Shown in pieces: positions 1 to 13,102 of a stretch of 64,000 nucleotides of DNA. Location: assembly GCA_951406725.2 (NCBI GenBank), contig OX597827.1, positions 74,028,001-74,092,000 on the forward strand. The letters run 5' to 3'. The notes below the pieces were generated by a model. That model was not told the origin of the DNA. It worked only from the letters and a program-made list of their open reading frames with translations, and did no database searches. Origin of the DNA: Octopus vulgaris (Eukaryota). A program made the translations under genes and the position numbers. Numbering within the stretch: position 1 is the stretch's first letter; every line of letters starts with the position of its first letter.

Positions 1-325
1 TTCTCTTCCGGAGTTCTATTTCGAAGAGGAGGTTTTTCCCACTTTCTCAAAGGGTGCATTTCGGCTGTTTTTGTTATGCTAGCAACTGTCATATGAGCAC
101 CAACAATTCGACCTCTTTGAAAGTCCAATAGAACTGTTATATTAATGAATTTTGATTACCTTTTTCTAATGGTAACTGAAAAGAAACAGCAATTTTAGCA
201 AGACATATTATGCGACAATAATAAATCAGAAAATATATAAAAATAAGTTTTTGATGGTTTTTATAGATATTTCAAAATTTTGATGCTATAATAGTTGGCG
301 TTTGCATTATTTTGTCCAACCCCTG
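1..325 (-). mobile_element. Tc1-family element, partial (5' end and TIR)
   Basis: Ends attattttgtccaacccctg|TA; matches 5066-5390. Confidence 0.85.
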
Positions 326-624
326 TATATATACATCATAGATATAAGGTAGATGAGAAGACTTGAAGAAGACATACAGAAATCGATTGAACTAACGGGT
401 AGGCTATAATATCCATGTTAAAAACTTCATTTCAATGAGACTAGGTTTCATCATCATCATCACCATTTGACATCCGTTCTGTATGTTGGTAGCCGGTGTG
501 AGGTTCTTAGTGTCCCAATGAGTGCAGAGGACTGCGCCAAGCTACTGTGTCTGCTTTGGCAGGGTTTCTGTAGCTGGATGCTCTTATTAACATGAAACAC
601 TTTACAGTGTGTACTGAGCGCTTT

Positions 625-663
625 TGTGTGAAGCAGGATACACCGGATACAACTGCCAAGAAG
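625..663 (+). pseudogene. 3' remnant of EGF exon A (acceptor and 5' two-thirds deleted)
   Basis: tgtgtgaagcaggatacaccggatacaactgccaagaag|gttatt fused directly to upstream repeat sequence. Confidence 0.8.
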
Positions 664-924
664 GTTATTTCCAATACTTTTTATTCCAGCATATTAAAAT
701 TCTCTACATTTGATTTAGTGTTTCTTAGCGTAAATCAACTTTCCTATTTATCATCAAAGACTAATTCAACGTTAACTCATGAGTTATGCTTTAAGATAAG
801 ATAATAAAAAGTCGTGTCTTTGATATCTCACATATATTTGTAGATGAGAGCTCTTACAGCCATAACTTTTATTGTGCGGAGCTAATAATATCTAACCTAT
901 TGCGTTTTGTATTAATATTTTCAG

Positions 925-1059
925 AATGTGAAGCTGGTAGATTTGGTAAGAATTGTGGAAGGACATGTCATTGTATCGATGACGAAAACTGCGACAGAAT
1001 AACTGGAGAATGCTCAGACGGATGTTTTGCTGGATATAGAGGCGCCTTTTGTCAACAAA
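925..1059 (+). CDS. EGF exon B1 ([45 protein letters not shown])
   Basis: ttttcag acceptor, gtgtga donor, 135 bp, 8 Cys, open frame. Confidence 0.8.
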
Positions 1060-1322
1060 GTGTGATATGAAACTATAAAATATTTCATAAAATTATGTTT
1101 AAATCTCTGCATCAGATTCTTATTTTATCTTTCCTTTCATTTAATTAACGTGGTAATGGAGACGCAGACTAACCAGTTTATTTTCCAAACTTACATTCAT
1201 TAAATACTTCGTGAATTCATATCGAGATATATTGAGATATATGGGTTCTATGCGCTTGTATGTATGCTATATATATGTATGGATATGTATTTATACATAT
1301 ACATGTATATGTATTTATGCAT

Positions 1323-1391
<69 letters not shown>

Positions 1392-4300
1392 GGGGGGAGT
1401 ATAAATATATATATATATATGTATTTATGCTTATATATATATATATGTCTATATATATACATGTAAATATATATATATGTGTGTGTATGTATATAATATG
1501 TACATACATACGTATCAGTGTAATACACACATATATATAGCTTACACACACATGTAACTTTTAAACAAATTATCTTAATATGGGGTAGGACCGCCTTTGA
1601 CAGTAATTACACCTTCAATTCTACGAGGTATGGACTCGTACAAATTTTGAATTGTTTCCAAAGGTATTTTTGTCCATTCGTCAACAAAAACAATCTCCAT
1701 TTCTTGTAGTTTTAATATCGATATGGTGGAGGATATCGGCTCTTAACTTGTTTTTATAAAATGCACAATAAATGATCAATAATATTGAGATCAGGGGACA
1801 CTGGTGACCCGATGAACTTCACTTCACTAGAATGTTTCTCCTGCCATTCAGTAACAACTTTAGCTGTATGAATTGGTGCATCATCATCCAGAAAGATTGC
1901 GTTTCCCTCAGGAAACAGTTCCGCAACCATAGGATGAATTTGATTAGATAAAATGTTTAAATAGCCTTTACCATTAATTCTGCCATGAAGGGAAACAATT
2001 GGGCCGGGGAATTTCCAAGATATATCCCTAACCCAGATCATCACAGATCCTCCTCCATAGTTAACAGTTGGAAGATGGCAAATGGTTCTTGCTCCTTTTG
2101 GCTCTCTCCACAAGTATACTCAACCGGTGGTCGGAAATAGGGTAAAGAATTCTCTAGGACCAATTCTGTAGTTTTTACTCCACCCTAAAAACATTGCGAC
2201 GTTTGATTTTGGAAGTAGTGGTTTTCAGAATAAGCACTCCCGTGAAATCCGGCTTTATGCAGCTCTCGGCAAACAGTTTTTGTTGAAACAGGATTCTCAA
2301 GGTGGTTCTTTAGCTCTGCAAGAATTTTGGGAACTGTACTTTTGTGATCCATTCTAACAATTCGCGTAAGTGTCCCTATCTGAAAGTTTTGGTTCTCTTC
2401 CGGAGTTTTGTTTCGAAGAAGAAGTTTTTCCCACTTTCTCAAAGGTTGCATTACTTTCAGGACAGTACTTCTTGATAAACCAAACATTTCGGCTGTTTTT
2501 GTTATGCTAGCACCTGTCATATGAGCACCAATAATTCGACCTCTTTGAAAGTCCAATAGATGTGTTATTTTAATGGATTTTAATTACCTTTTTCTAATGG
2601 TAACTGAAAAGAAACCGCAATTTTAGCAAGACATATTATGCGACAATAATAATAAATCAGAAAATATATAAAAATAATTTTTTGATGGTTTTTATAGATA
2701 TTTCAAAATTTTGATGCTATAATAGTAGGCGTTTCCATTATTTTGTCCAACCTCTGTATATATTCATCATATATATAAGGTAGATGAGAATACTTGAAGA
2801 AGACATACAGAAATCGATTGAACTAAAGGATAGGCTATAATATCCATGTTAAAAACGTAATTTCAATGAGATTAGGTATCATTAACAATCATCATCACCA
2901 GTGTACATCCGTTCTGTATGTTGTTAGCCGTTGTGCGATTCTAGGTGTCCCAACCCGGATCCATATGGTTGGGAAGCAAGCTTCTTACCAAACTTTCATT
3001 CATTGATAACTCTATCGCCATTAAACACAATTTCTGATATAGGGAGAGGACGTATGCAAAAGTTGCGGAAGGAAGTCGTTTGGCTGCTTGTGATTCTTTA
3101 TAATTATCTATATTTGATATTTCATCGGATTTGATTTTACCCGAATACTTTCATCTTATTATCTATAGTGACATTTCATTGATCCACGTTGAAATACAAT
3201 GAAGAATCAAGTATATACACATTTCTATCTAGTGTATGTAATGCTAAAACAAATAACAATATCTAGCATATTAAGTCATCCATACTATATCATAAAACTC
3301 TTAAAATAGCAATTCATGGCTAATGTTTTTTTTTATCTCAGAATGTCACAATGGTAAATTTGGTCCCAAATGCACAAAGTCCTGTCATTGTAACGCAACA
3401 TGTAACCACATAAATGGATCGTGTTCAGGAGTGTGTGAAGCAGGATACACCGGATACAACTGCCAAGAAGGTTATTTCCAATACTTTTTATTCCAACATT
3501 TTAAAATTCTTTAGTGTTAAGTATTTAGTGTTTCTTAGCGTAAATCAACTTTCCTATTTATCATCAAAGACTACTTCAATGTTAACTCATAAGTTATGTT
3601 TTAAGATAAGATTATAAAAAAGCATGTCATTGATATCTCTCATATATTTGTAGATGAGAGCTATTACAGACATAACTTTTATTGTGTGGAGCTAATAATA
3701 TCTAATCTATTGTGTTTTGTATTAATATTTCCAGAATGTGTAGGTGGTAGATTTGGTAGCAATTGTAGAGGGACATGTCATTGTATCGATGACGAAAACT
3801 GCAACAGAATAACTGGAGAATGCTCAGGTGGATGTTCTGATGGATATACAGGATCCTCTTGTCAACAAAGTATGATATGAAACTATGATACATTTCTTAA
3901 AATTATGTTTAAATCTCTGCATCTGATTCTTACTTTATGTTTCCGTTTATTTCATGATGAGAACTATACTGGTTTATAACCAATATATTTTCCAAACTTA
4001 GATTCATTAAATGCTTCGTGAATTCATATTGAGATATGTTGGATGCATGCGTTCCTATTTATGTTGTATATATGTATGGATGTATGTGTATGTATTATTA
4101 CATATACATATATATGTATTTACGTATATATATTTATATGTGTGTGTGTAAATACATGTATTTATATATGTATATACACACATAATTATGTAACACACTA
4201 ATATATATATATACGTGTGTGTGTGCGTATACATAAATACAGGGGTTGAACAAAATAATGGAAACATCTTGAAATTTTAAACAAATTATCTTAATATAGG

Positions 4301-6454
4301 GTAGGACCGCCTTTGGTAGTAATTACACCTTCAAGTCTACGGGGTATGGACTCGTACAAAGTTTGAATTGTTTCCAAAGGAGGTTTTGTCTATTCTTCAG
4401 CTAAAACAATCTCCATTTCTTGTAGCGATGATATTGATATGGTGTAGGGTATCGGCTCTTTACATGCTTCAATAAAATGCACAATAAATGCTCAATAATA
4501 TTGAGATCTTGGGACTGTGGTGACCCGATGAATTTTTCAACATCACTAGAATGTTTTTCCTGCCATTCAGAAACAACTTTAGCTGTGTAAATTGGTGCAT
4601 TATAATCCTGAAAGATTGCGTTTCCCTCAGGAAACTTTTCTGCAACCATATAAGGAATTTGATCAGATAAAATGGTTAAATAGCCTTTACTATTAATTCT
4701 GCCACATATTCCTCCATGTTTAACAGTTTGAAGAAAGCAGTCTGGGTCAAATGGTTCTTGCTCCTTTTGGCTCTCTCCAGACGTATACTCGACCGGTGGT
4801 CGGAAGTAAGGGAAAGGGTGCTCTAAGGACCAATTCTGTAGTTTTTTACTCCACTCTAAACGCTTTGCGATGTTTGATTTTGAAAGTAGTCGTTTTCTGA
4901 TTGTAGCCCTCACGTGAAATCCGGCTTTGTGCAGCTCCCTGCAAAGAGTTTTTTGTGGAAACAGGGTTCCCAATATGGTCATTGAACTCTGCAGTAATTT
5001 TGGGAACTGTACTTTTGTGATCCATTCTAACAATTCGCGTAGGAGTCCCTATCTGAAAGTTTTGGTTCTCTTCCGGAGTTCTATTTCGAAGAGGAGGTTT
5101 TTCCCACTTTCTCAAAGGGTGCATTTCGGCTGTTTTTGTTATGCTAGCAACTGTCATATGAGCACCAACAATTCGACCTCTTTGAAAGTCCAATAGAACT
5201 GTTATATTAATGAATTTTGATTACCTTTTTCTAATGGTAACTGAAAAGAAACAGCAATTTTAGCAAGACATATTATGCGACAATAATAAATCAGAAAATA
5301 TATAAAAATAAGTTTTTGATGGTTTTTATAGATATTTCAAAATTTTGATGCTATAATAGTTGGCGTTTGCATTATTTTGTCCAACCCCTGTATATATACA
5401 TCATAGATATAAGGTAGATGAGAAGACTTGAAGAAGACATACAGAAATCGATTGAACTAACGGGTAGGCTATAATATCCATGTTAAAAACTTCATTTCAA
5501 TGAGACTAGGTTTCATCATCATCATCACCATTTGACATCCGTTCTGTATGTTGGTAGCCGGTGTGAGGTTCTTAGTGTCCCAATGAGTGCAGAGGACTGC
5601 GCCAAGCTACTGTGTCTGCTTTGGCAGGGTTTCTGTAGCTGGATGCTCTTATTAACATGAAACACTTTACAGTGTGTACTGAGCGCTTTTGTGTGAAGCA
5701 GGATACACCGGATACAACTGCCAAGAAGGTTATTTCCAATACTTTTTATTCCAGCATATTAAAATTCTCTACATTTGATTTAGTGTTTCTTAGCGTAAAT
5801 CAACTTTATTATTTATCATCAAAGACTACTTCAACGTTAACTCATGAGTTATGCTTTAAGATAAGATAATAAAAAGGCGTGTCTTTGATATCTCACATAT
5901 ATTTGTAGAAGAGAGCTCTTACAGCCATAACTTTTATTGTGTGGAGCTAATAATATCTAATCTATTGTGTTTTGTATTAATATTTTCAGAATGTGAAGTT
6001 GGTAGATTTGGTAGAAATTGTAGAGGGACATGTCATTGTATCGACGACGAAAACTGCGACAGAATAACTGGAAAATGCTCAGATGGATGTTCTGCTGGAT
6101 ATAGAGGCGACTTTTGTCAACAAAGTATGATATGAAACTATGATATATTTCATAAAATTATGTTTAAATCTCTGCATCAGATTCTTACTTTATCTTTCCT
6201 TTCATTTAATTAACGTGGTAATTGGGACGGGGACTATACAGGTTTACAACCAATATATTTTCCAAACTTAGATTCATTAAATACTTCGTAAATTCATAAT
6301 GAGATATATGGGTGTCATGCGTTTTCATGCTTGTTGTATACATGTATGGATATATGTATATGTATTTATACATATACATATACATGTATTTATTTATATA
6401 TATATATATATACATACATACATACATACATACATACATACATACATACATACA

Positions 6455-6498
<44 letters not shown>

Positions 6499-6896
6499 TA
6501 TAAGATCGTTAATTTACAATAAAATAACGATTTTTTTAAGTGGTCAGCATGGAAAAAAGAACCTTCAAAGGTAATAATAATTGAAATTAAAATTAGGGTA
6601 TTTATGAGATACCACCATGCTGAAAATAGCAGCCATGATCTAACTCTAAAAACACCTTAATTGTCCATATATCAACAGTGACAGAAAACAAATAGACAAG
6701 ATGAAACTACTAATTTTTTAGCTTTTCATCTTGTCTATTTGTTTTCTCTCCATTAAGGTGGTTTTAAAGTCAGATTATGGCTGCTATTTTCAGCATGGTG
6801 TTATCTCGTAGATACCCTAATTTATAATTTTGATACATGATTTGATTTTGATTTTTCCAGTTTCAGCTAATGAGCTGGCCATGCTGGGGCACCGCC

Positions 6897-6950
<54 letters not shown>

Positions 6951-7025
6951 ATAAATATTACGTATATATATATGTATATGTATGTACATACATATATACA
7001 TATACATATATTCCTTTTCAACCTT

Positions 7026-7092
<67 letters not shown>

Positions 7093-7403
7093 CATGTATA
7101 TATAAATGAAAGAGAGGTAAGTTCCACTCTTCTCCTCTGGAAGACATCTACTCGCAATACCAGAGGGCACACACTCTCCTACCCTGATGTAATCTCCAGA
7201 GATACTGGCATCTAGCAACAGGACCTCCGTAATGCCATGATGGACCGTGAAGTCTGGCGTAGCAAGGTAAATTCCATTGTCTCGACCACGGTCGAACAAT
7301 GATGATGATGATGATATATATATGTGTGTATATATATATATATAGTATGTATATACACACATATCTATGTAATACAGACATATATATAGCCCCCACACAC
7401 ATG

Positions 7404-7434
<31 letters not shown>

Positions 7435-7850
7435 GTGTGTGTGTCTGTGTGTGTATACATAAATACAGGCGTTGGACAAAATAATGGTAATACCTTGAAA
7501 TTCTAAACAAATTAACTTAATATGGAGTAGGACCACCGTCGGCAATAATTACACCTTCAATACTACGAGGTATGGACTCGTACAAAGTTTCAATTCATTC
7601 CAAAGAAAATATTCTCAATTCGTCTGCTAAAACCGTCTCTATTCCCTAACATCTTCAGCTGTGTGAATTGGTGCATTATCATCCTGAAAGATTCCGTTTC
7701 TTTCAGGAAACAGTTCCGCAACCATAGGATTAATTTGATTAGATAAATTGCTTAATTGGCTTTCCCCATTAATTCTGCCATGAAGGGAAACAATTAAGCC
7801 GGGGAATTTCCAAGATGAATCTCCACCCCAGATCATCACAGATCCTTCTC

Positions 7851-7902
<52 letters not shown>

Positions 7903-8092
7903 GGTCCCGGGTTGATTCGGGGTTAACCACAGTAAATAAGGTATTCAATACATAGCAGAGTAAAATTAATTTATTATATAGAAGGAGCTTCTACAGGACT
8001 AGAACTGTTTCATTCAAGAGAAATCTTCAGGAAGCTTCCTGAAGATTTCTCTTGAATGAAACAGTTCTAGTCCTGTAGAAGCTCCTTCTATA

Positions 8093-8154
<62 letters not shown>

Positions 8155-10401
8155 AATGAAAGAATGGAGTCGAACGACGATTTAACAAAATTCCTTTACT
8201 CTCGACACATGTTTGGAAGGCTGCATATTCTTAATTCCGAAGGAATAAAGGGTGCATTATGTCGCCATCTCATCAGGAAAGACAAGGAACTTATGTCAGC
8301 ATCATGACGAACAAATCCTTTAGATGACTGCCCACATGATGTCCACAGTAATAACGAGTGTTTCTTTAAAATATACCGTTATAAGCAATGGCGTCAAAAT
8401 TGGTTGGATGGAGAATGTTCTAAACCAATAATTGCTTCTCAGGATAAGAAAACTAATAACAATAGAAATAGTGAGAATATTGATTCCAGCTCTAACAATG
8501 TCGGCACCCCTGTAGATAAGAAAATTAATTTACGGACCAGTGGAAGAAATAGACAACCAACCCCAAATTTCCAGCAGGGGAATTTTTCCCTTTACTGTAA
8601 ACAGTAACAATATGACCAATTCTAAATCCACAAAAAACTATATCTGGTTTGTTATACCTTTCGGGAAGCAAATCAAATCAAATCTTCCCTTACAGTTCCG
8701 TGAAGCCATAGCTAAGAACTTTCCCAGGGATTCTAGGTATTACTCTATTATTAATTCGCATAGGGTGAGATTGCATTCTCTAACACTAGAAATCTTTCAC
8801 AAATTATCACCTCCCATAATAATAAGCTGCTAAACAAAGATTCTTCACCCGGGAGTTACAGCTCTATTCTAACCAATTCCAACCAAACATACAATAATAA
8901 TGATAGAAATAGTATTGATAATAGCAACATTCGTAACAGCGTTAGTATTAATAATAATATTAGTGGGATTTATAACAGTGGTAGTGTTGATGGTAACAAC
9001 GACAGCATTTCTATAGTCAGGGATATTGCCGGTGATAGTACAACTAATAATAATAACAATAATAGAAATAGTGTAGTGATCAATGATAGCAGTAATATTA
9101 ACAGCAATCAGAACAATAGAAACTCCGTTTTAATCTCGGAGGAAAACCCTAACAGATTAAAGTTCTTGTCCAGCAATTCCAAAATTAAAAACTCCATTTA
9201 CCAGTGTAAGATTTCTTCTAGTACCGGTGTCTTCTTCGATATTGGCGCGACAACTTCTCGATTGTCCAAGAGAATTTCCAATCATTATTCAACTTTCCGA
9301 AATAAGAAAAAACAACATAGTATAGGACTAAGTAAATTAGTTTGGCGTCTTAAGGACAGCAATATAACTTTCAAACTGGACTGGTCCATATTATCTGTAT
9401 CCTTTCCTTTTGATAAGGGCAGGAAATTCTGTGGCATTTGTAATTCCGAACTCTTCTTTATCCTTTTCTCCAAATTCCTCTTGGTAAACACAATTATAGA
9501 AAAATCCTATAAGTGCAAACATTGGCAGAGACATACTTTCCACTCATATGAATGATGATTAATATAGATAACCTCTTTGATTTAATAATTTAGTCTCACT
9601 TCTACAACACCACCATAGACAAAATTTTTTTCTACTACGGTACATGAAGAATTACTACTAAATTTGTTGGGATATGTTTTCCTCTTTCTCTCTGCATCTC
9701 CCCACTCTCTCTCTCTCTCTCTCTATCATACCCACAATCGAACACACAGACACAAATTTGTCACCTCACTACTAAATGTTTCTGACATTTATCCCCCTAC
9801 ACACACGGTCACGCACACACACACACACACAGACACGAATCCAGTTATATACATACACACACACAAGCACTTAAACTCATTAAAAATAGCATACACCCAC
9901 GCATCCCCATACAATACAGCTTGCACTCTATCACCTCCCTAGAACTTTCTCCTTCCAACCAAATTTGAACTCTTGAACTTTTTAGAACATTCTCCATCCA
10001 ACCAATTTTGACGTCATTGCTTATAACGGTATATTTTAAAGAAACACTCGTTATTACTGTGGACATCATGTGGGCAGTCATCTAAAAGTTTTTGTTCGTC
10101 ATGATGCTGACATAAGTTCCTTGTCTTTCCTGATGAGATGGCGGCATAATGCACCCTTTATTCCTTCGGAATTAAGAATATGCAGCCATCGAAACATGTG
10201 TCGAGAGTAAAGGAATTTTGTTAAATCGTCGTTCGACTTCATTCTTTCATTTATTCATAGTTAAAAAAAACACACAAATTTCCACACGAGATCACGGGAT
10301 TTCTGCATTTGGCATGTAGCTTCAACCGTGTTTTCTGAAGTGAATTTGCTACCCAGGTATCGGTTAACCGAATTATCCATACTAAGATAATTCATTCACC
10401 T

Positions 10402-10475
<74 letters not shown>

Positions 10476-13034
10476 ATATATGTATATACTTATGTGTGTG
10501 TGTGTGTATATATATGCATCCGACTGCCTTCTTTCAGTTTCCGCCGACCAAATCTGCTAACAAGGCTTTGGTCAGCCCGACGCTATAGTAAAAGACAGAC
10601 GCCCAATGAACAACGCAGTGGGATTAAACCCGGATCTATATGGTTGGGAAGCAAGCTTCTTTATTTCATATAATTTGCCACAAGGGCAGTACACAGATAG
10701 AAGCTTGTGGGCTGGACATAGACAGGATGAGATGAAATGGAACGAAATAATGCGGATGGGAGGGATGTTGGCGCCCACCGACCGATAAACCCTCGAATAC
10801 AAAGTTTCTTTACAACAATATATAATTTTCTTACAATTCTCTTTTTCAGGTCCCCCAAGCTAAGTGACTTCCCGACTGCAGACAACTCTGCATCGATAAG
10901 TCGGGGCCTGCAAAGAGGAAAGCAAATTCTTTCTTGTCAAAGGTCGCTGTGACATTTGACAAAATTTATTCAGTAACTGCCTCCTCAGCCACCTGCGGAT
11001 GCCATATCGGACTACTTGAGTAGACCGAGTACACACGTTCTCGGTCACCCAAGCCGTCCAAAAATTTACTCACCGTCCCTCCCTCGTGGTAAAGGAGGAC
11101 AAACCCCTCCTCTTCACAGGAAGGGACTTCACACTGCTCCGTCAGTGGCACACTTCCCACTGACGGAGTCCTATCCGCAGGTGGCTCCGTCGGCGGCCCA
11201 GGAACATCCGCAGACCGTCCTCTGCTCCTCTTTTTTCTCTTTCTTTTTGAGGTTGCGGGTGTAGGGGGCTGCGTCGACAGACGCGGAGGGTCGCAACCCT
11301 CCTCCGCCGCTTGAACATTCTTTGGTGAGCAACCATTGTTGCTCACCTTTCTTTCCTTTCGTGGAGGCAACTTCCACCACGACTTCTACCGTCTCCCCCT
11401 CCAATAAGGGGGCCGCGGACACTTTTCTTTCTCATGCTCCAGGGCACCACCACGGCCCCCGGGACAGTTCCTTTTGATATGGCCAGGCTCCATGCACAGG
11501 TGACACTCGGGGGGAGGGCGTCCCTCGAGTAATACCGGGTTCCTGTACCCGGCCATTTTTAGGAATTCTGGGAATATCATATCTCCCACGGCCACCGGGG
11601 TCCACAGGGTCAAAGTTGCCTTTGACCCCTCCTAGTCGACCGCGGGAGTAATCTCTACACTCAATAGCCTGGGCCCGCTATCCCCCAGGCCTCGCCGGAT
11701 GGTCTCCTCGATCCATCTCGCCTCCGTGCTAGTACAAAATATAAAACCTACAAGCAACAAATCCTACTGGACTCAAGAAGGAAAAAGTCTTACCTTACAG
11801 TAGAGTGTCTTTTAATTTTCGCCAGCTGCAAACCAACGTTGCGACTTCAACAGGCGAGTGAAGAACAACTAACGACCGGAACCGGAAGCAAGCTACTTAC
11901 CAAACTGTCATTCATTAATAAATCTATCACCATTGAACACCATTTCTGATATACAGAGGGCGACGTATGAAAAAGTTGCTGAAAGAAGTCGTGTTCAGCT
12001 CGTGATTCTTTATAATTATCTATATTTGATATTGCATGGAATTTTATTTTACGCGAATACTTTCATCTTATTATCTGTAGTGACATTTCATTGATCCACG
12101 TGGAAATACAATAAGGAATCAAGTATATATTCATCTCTATCTAGGGTCTGTAATGCTAAAATATATAACAATATCTAGCATATTAAGTCATCCATACTAT
12201 ATCATAAAACTCTTATAATAGCAATTTATGGCTAACGTTTTTATTTTATTATTTCAGAATGTCTCAGCGGTAGATTTGGTCGCAATTGCACAAAGTCCTG
12301 TCATTGTTCCGAAACATGTAACCACATAAATGGACTATGTCCAGGAGTGTGTGATGCAGGATACACCGAGTACAACTGCCAAGAAGGTTATTTCCAACAC
12401 CTTTTATTCCAACATTTTAAAATTCTCTACATTTCATTTAGTTTCTTAGCGTAAATCAACTTTCCTATTTATCATCAAAAACTACTTCAATGTTAACTCA
12501 TGAGTTATGCTTTAAGATAAGGTAATAAAAAAGCGTGTCTTTGATATCTTACATATATTTGTAGAAGAGAGCTCCCACAGCCATAACTTTTATTGTGTGG
12601 AGCTAATAATATCTAATCTATTGTGTTTTGTATTAATATTTTCAGAATGTGAAGTTGGTAGATTTGGTAGGAATTGTAGAGGGACATGTCATTGTATCGA
12701 CGACGAAAGCTGCGACAGAATAACTGGAAAATGCTCAGATGGATGTTCTGCTGGATATACAGGCGACTTTTGTCAACAAAGTATGATATAAAACTAAAAC
12801 ATATTTTATAACATTATGGTTTAATATCTGCATCTGATTCTTACTCTAACTTTCCGTTTATTTCCTGAAGAGAACTATACAGGTTTATAACCAATATATT
12901 TGCCAAACTAACATTCATTAAATACTTCGTGAATCCATATTGAGATATGTGGGTTGCATGCGATTTTATGTATGTTGTATGGATGTATGTGGATATATTT
13001 ATACATATACCTATACATGTATTTATCTATATAC

Positions 13035-13102
<68 letters not shown>

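Larger units (their letters stand above)
8152..10404 (+). mobile_element. 5'-truncated Penelope-like retroelement (GIY-YIG endonuclease) with inverted partial pseudo-LTR, inserted in (TA)n
   Basis: 8152-8424 is the reverse complement of 9981-10254; PLE-like linker ([17 protein letters not shown]) and GIY-YIG domain; hammerhead motif in the repeat. Confidence 0.8.

Noticed and set aside
1211-1551. Many ORFs rich in YI/HT/CV/MY repeats, here and throughout the window (e.g. 38642-39316, 61674-62324)
   Set aside because: They are translations of (TA)n, (CA)n and (TATG)n microsatellites, which lack stop codons
3414-3617. Recurrent ORF ...[20 protein letters not shown]...
   Set aside because: It is an alternative frame of exon A running into the intron, and it recurs only because of duplication
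5941-6135. Apparent signal peptide [16 protein letters not shown] before each exon B ORF, suggesting standalone secreted Cys-rich peptides
   Set aside because: The start codon is GTG and the hydrophobic stretch is the translated polypyrimidine tract; the ttttcag/gtatga boundaries show an internal exon
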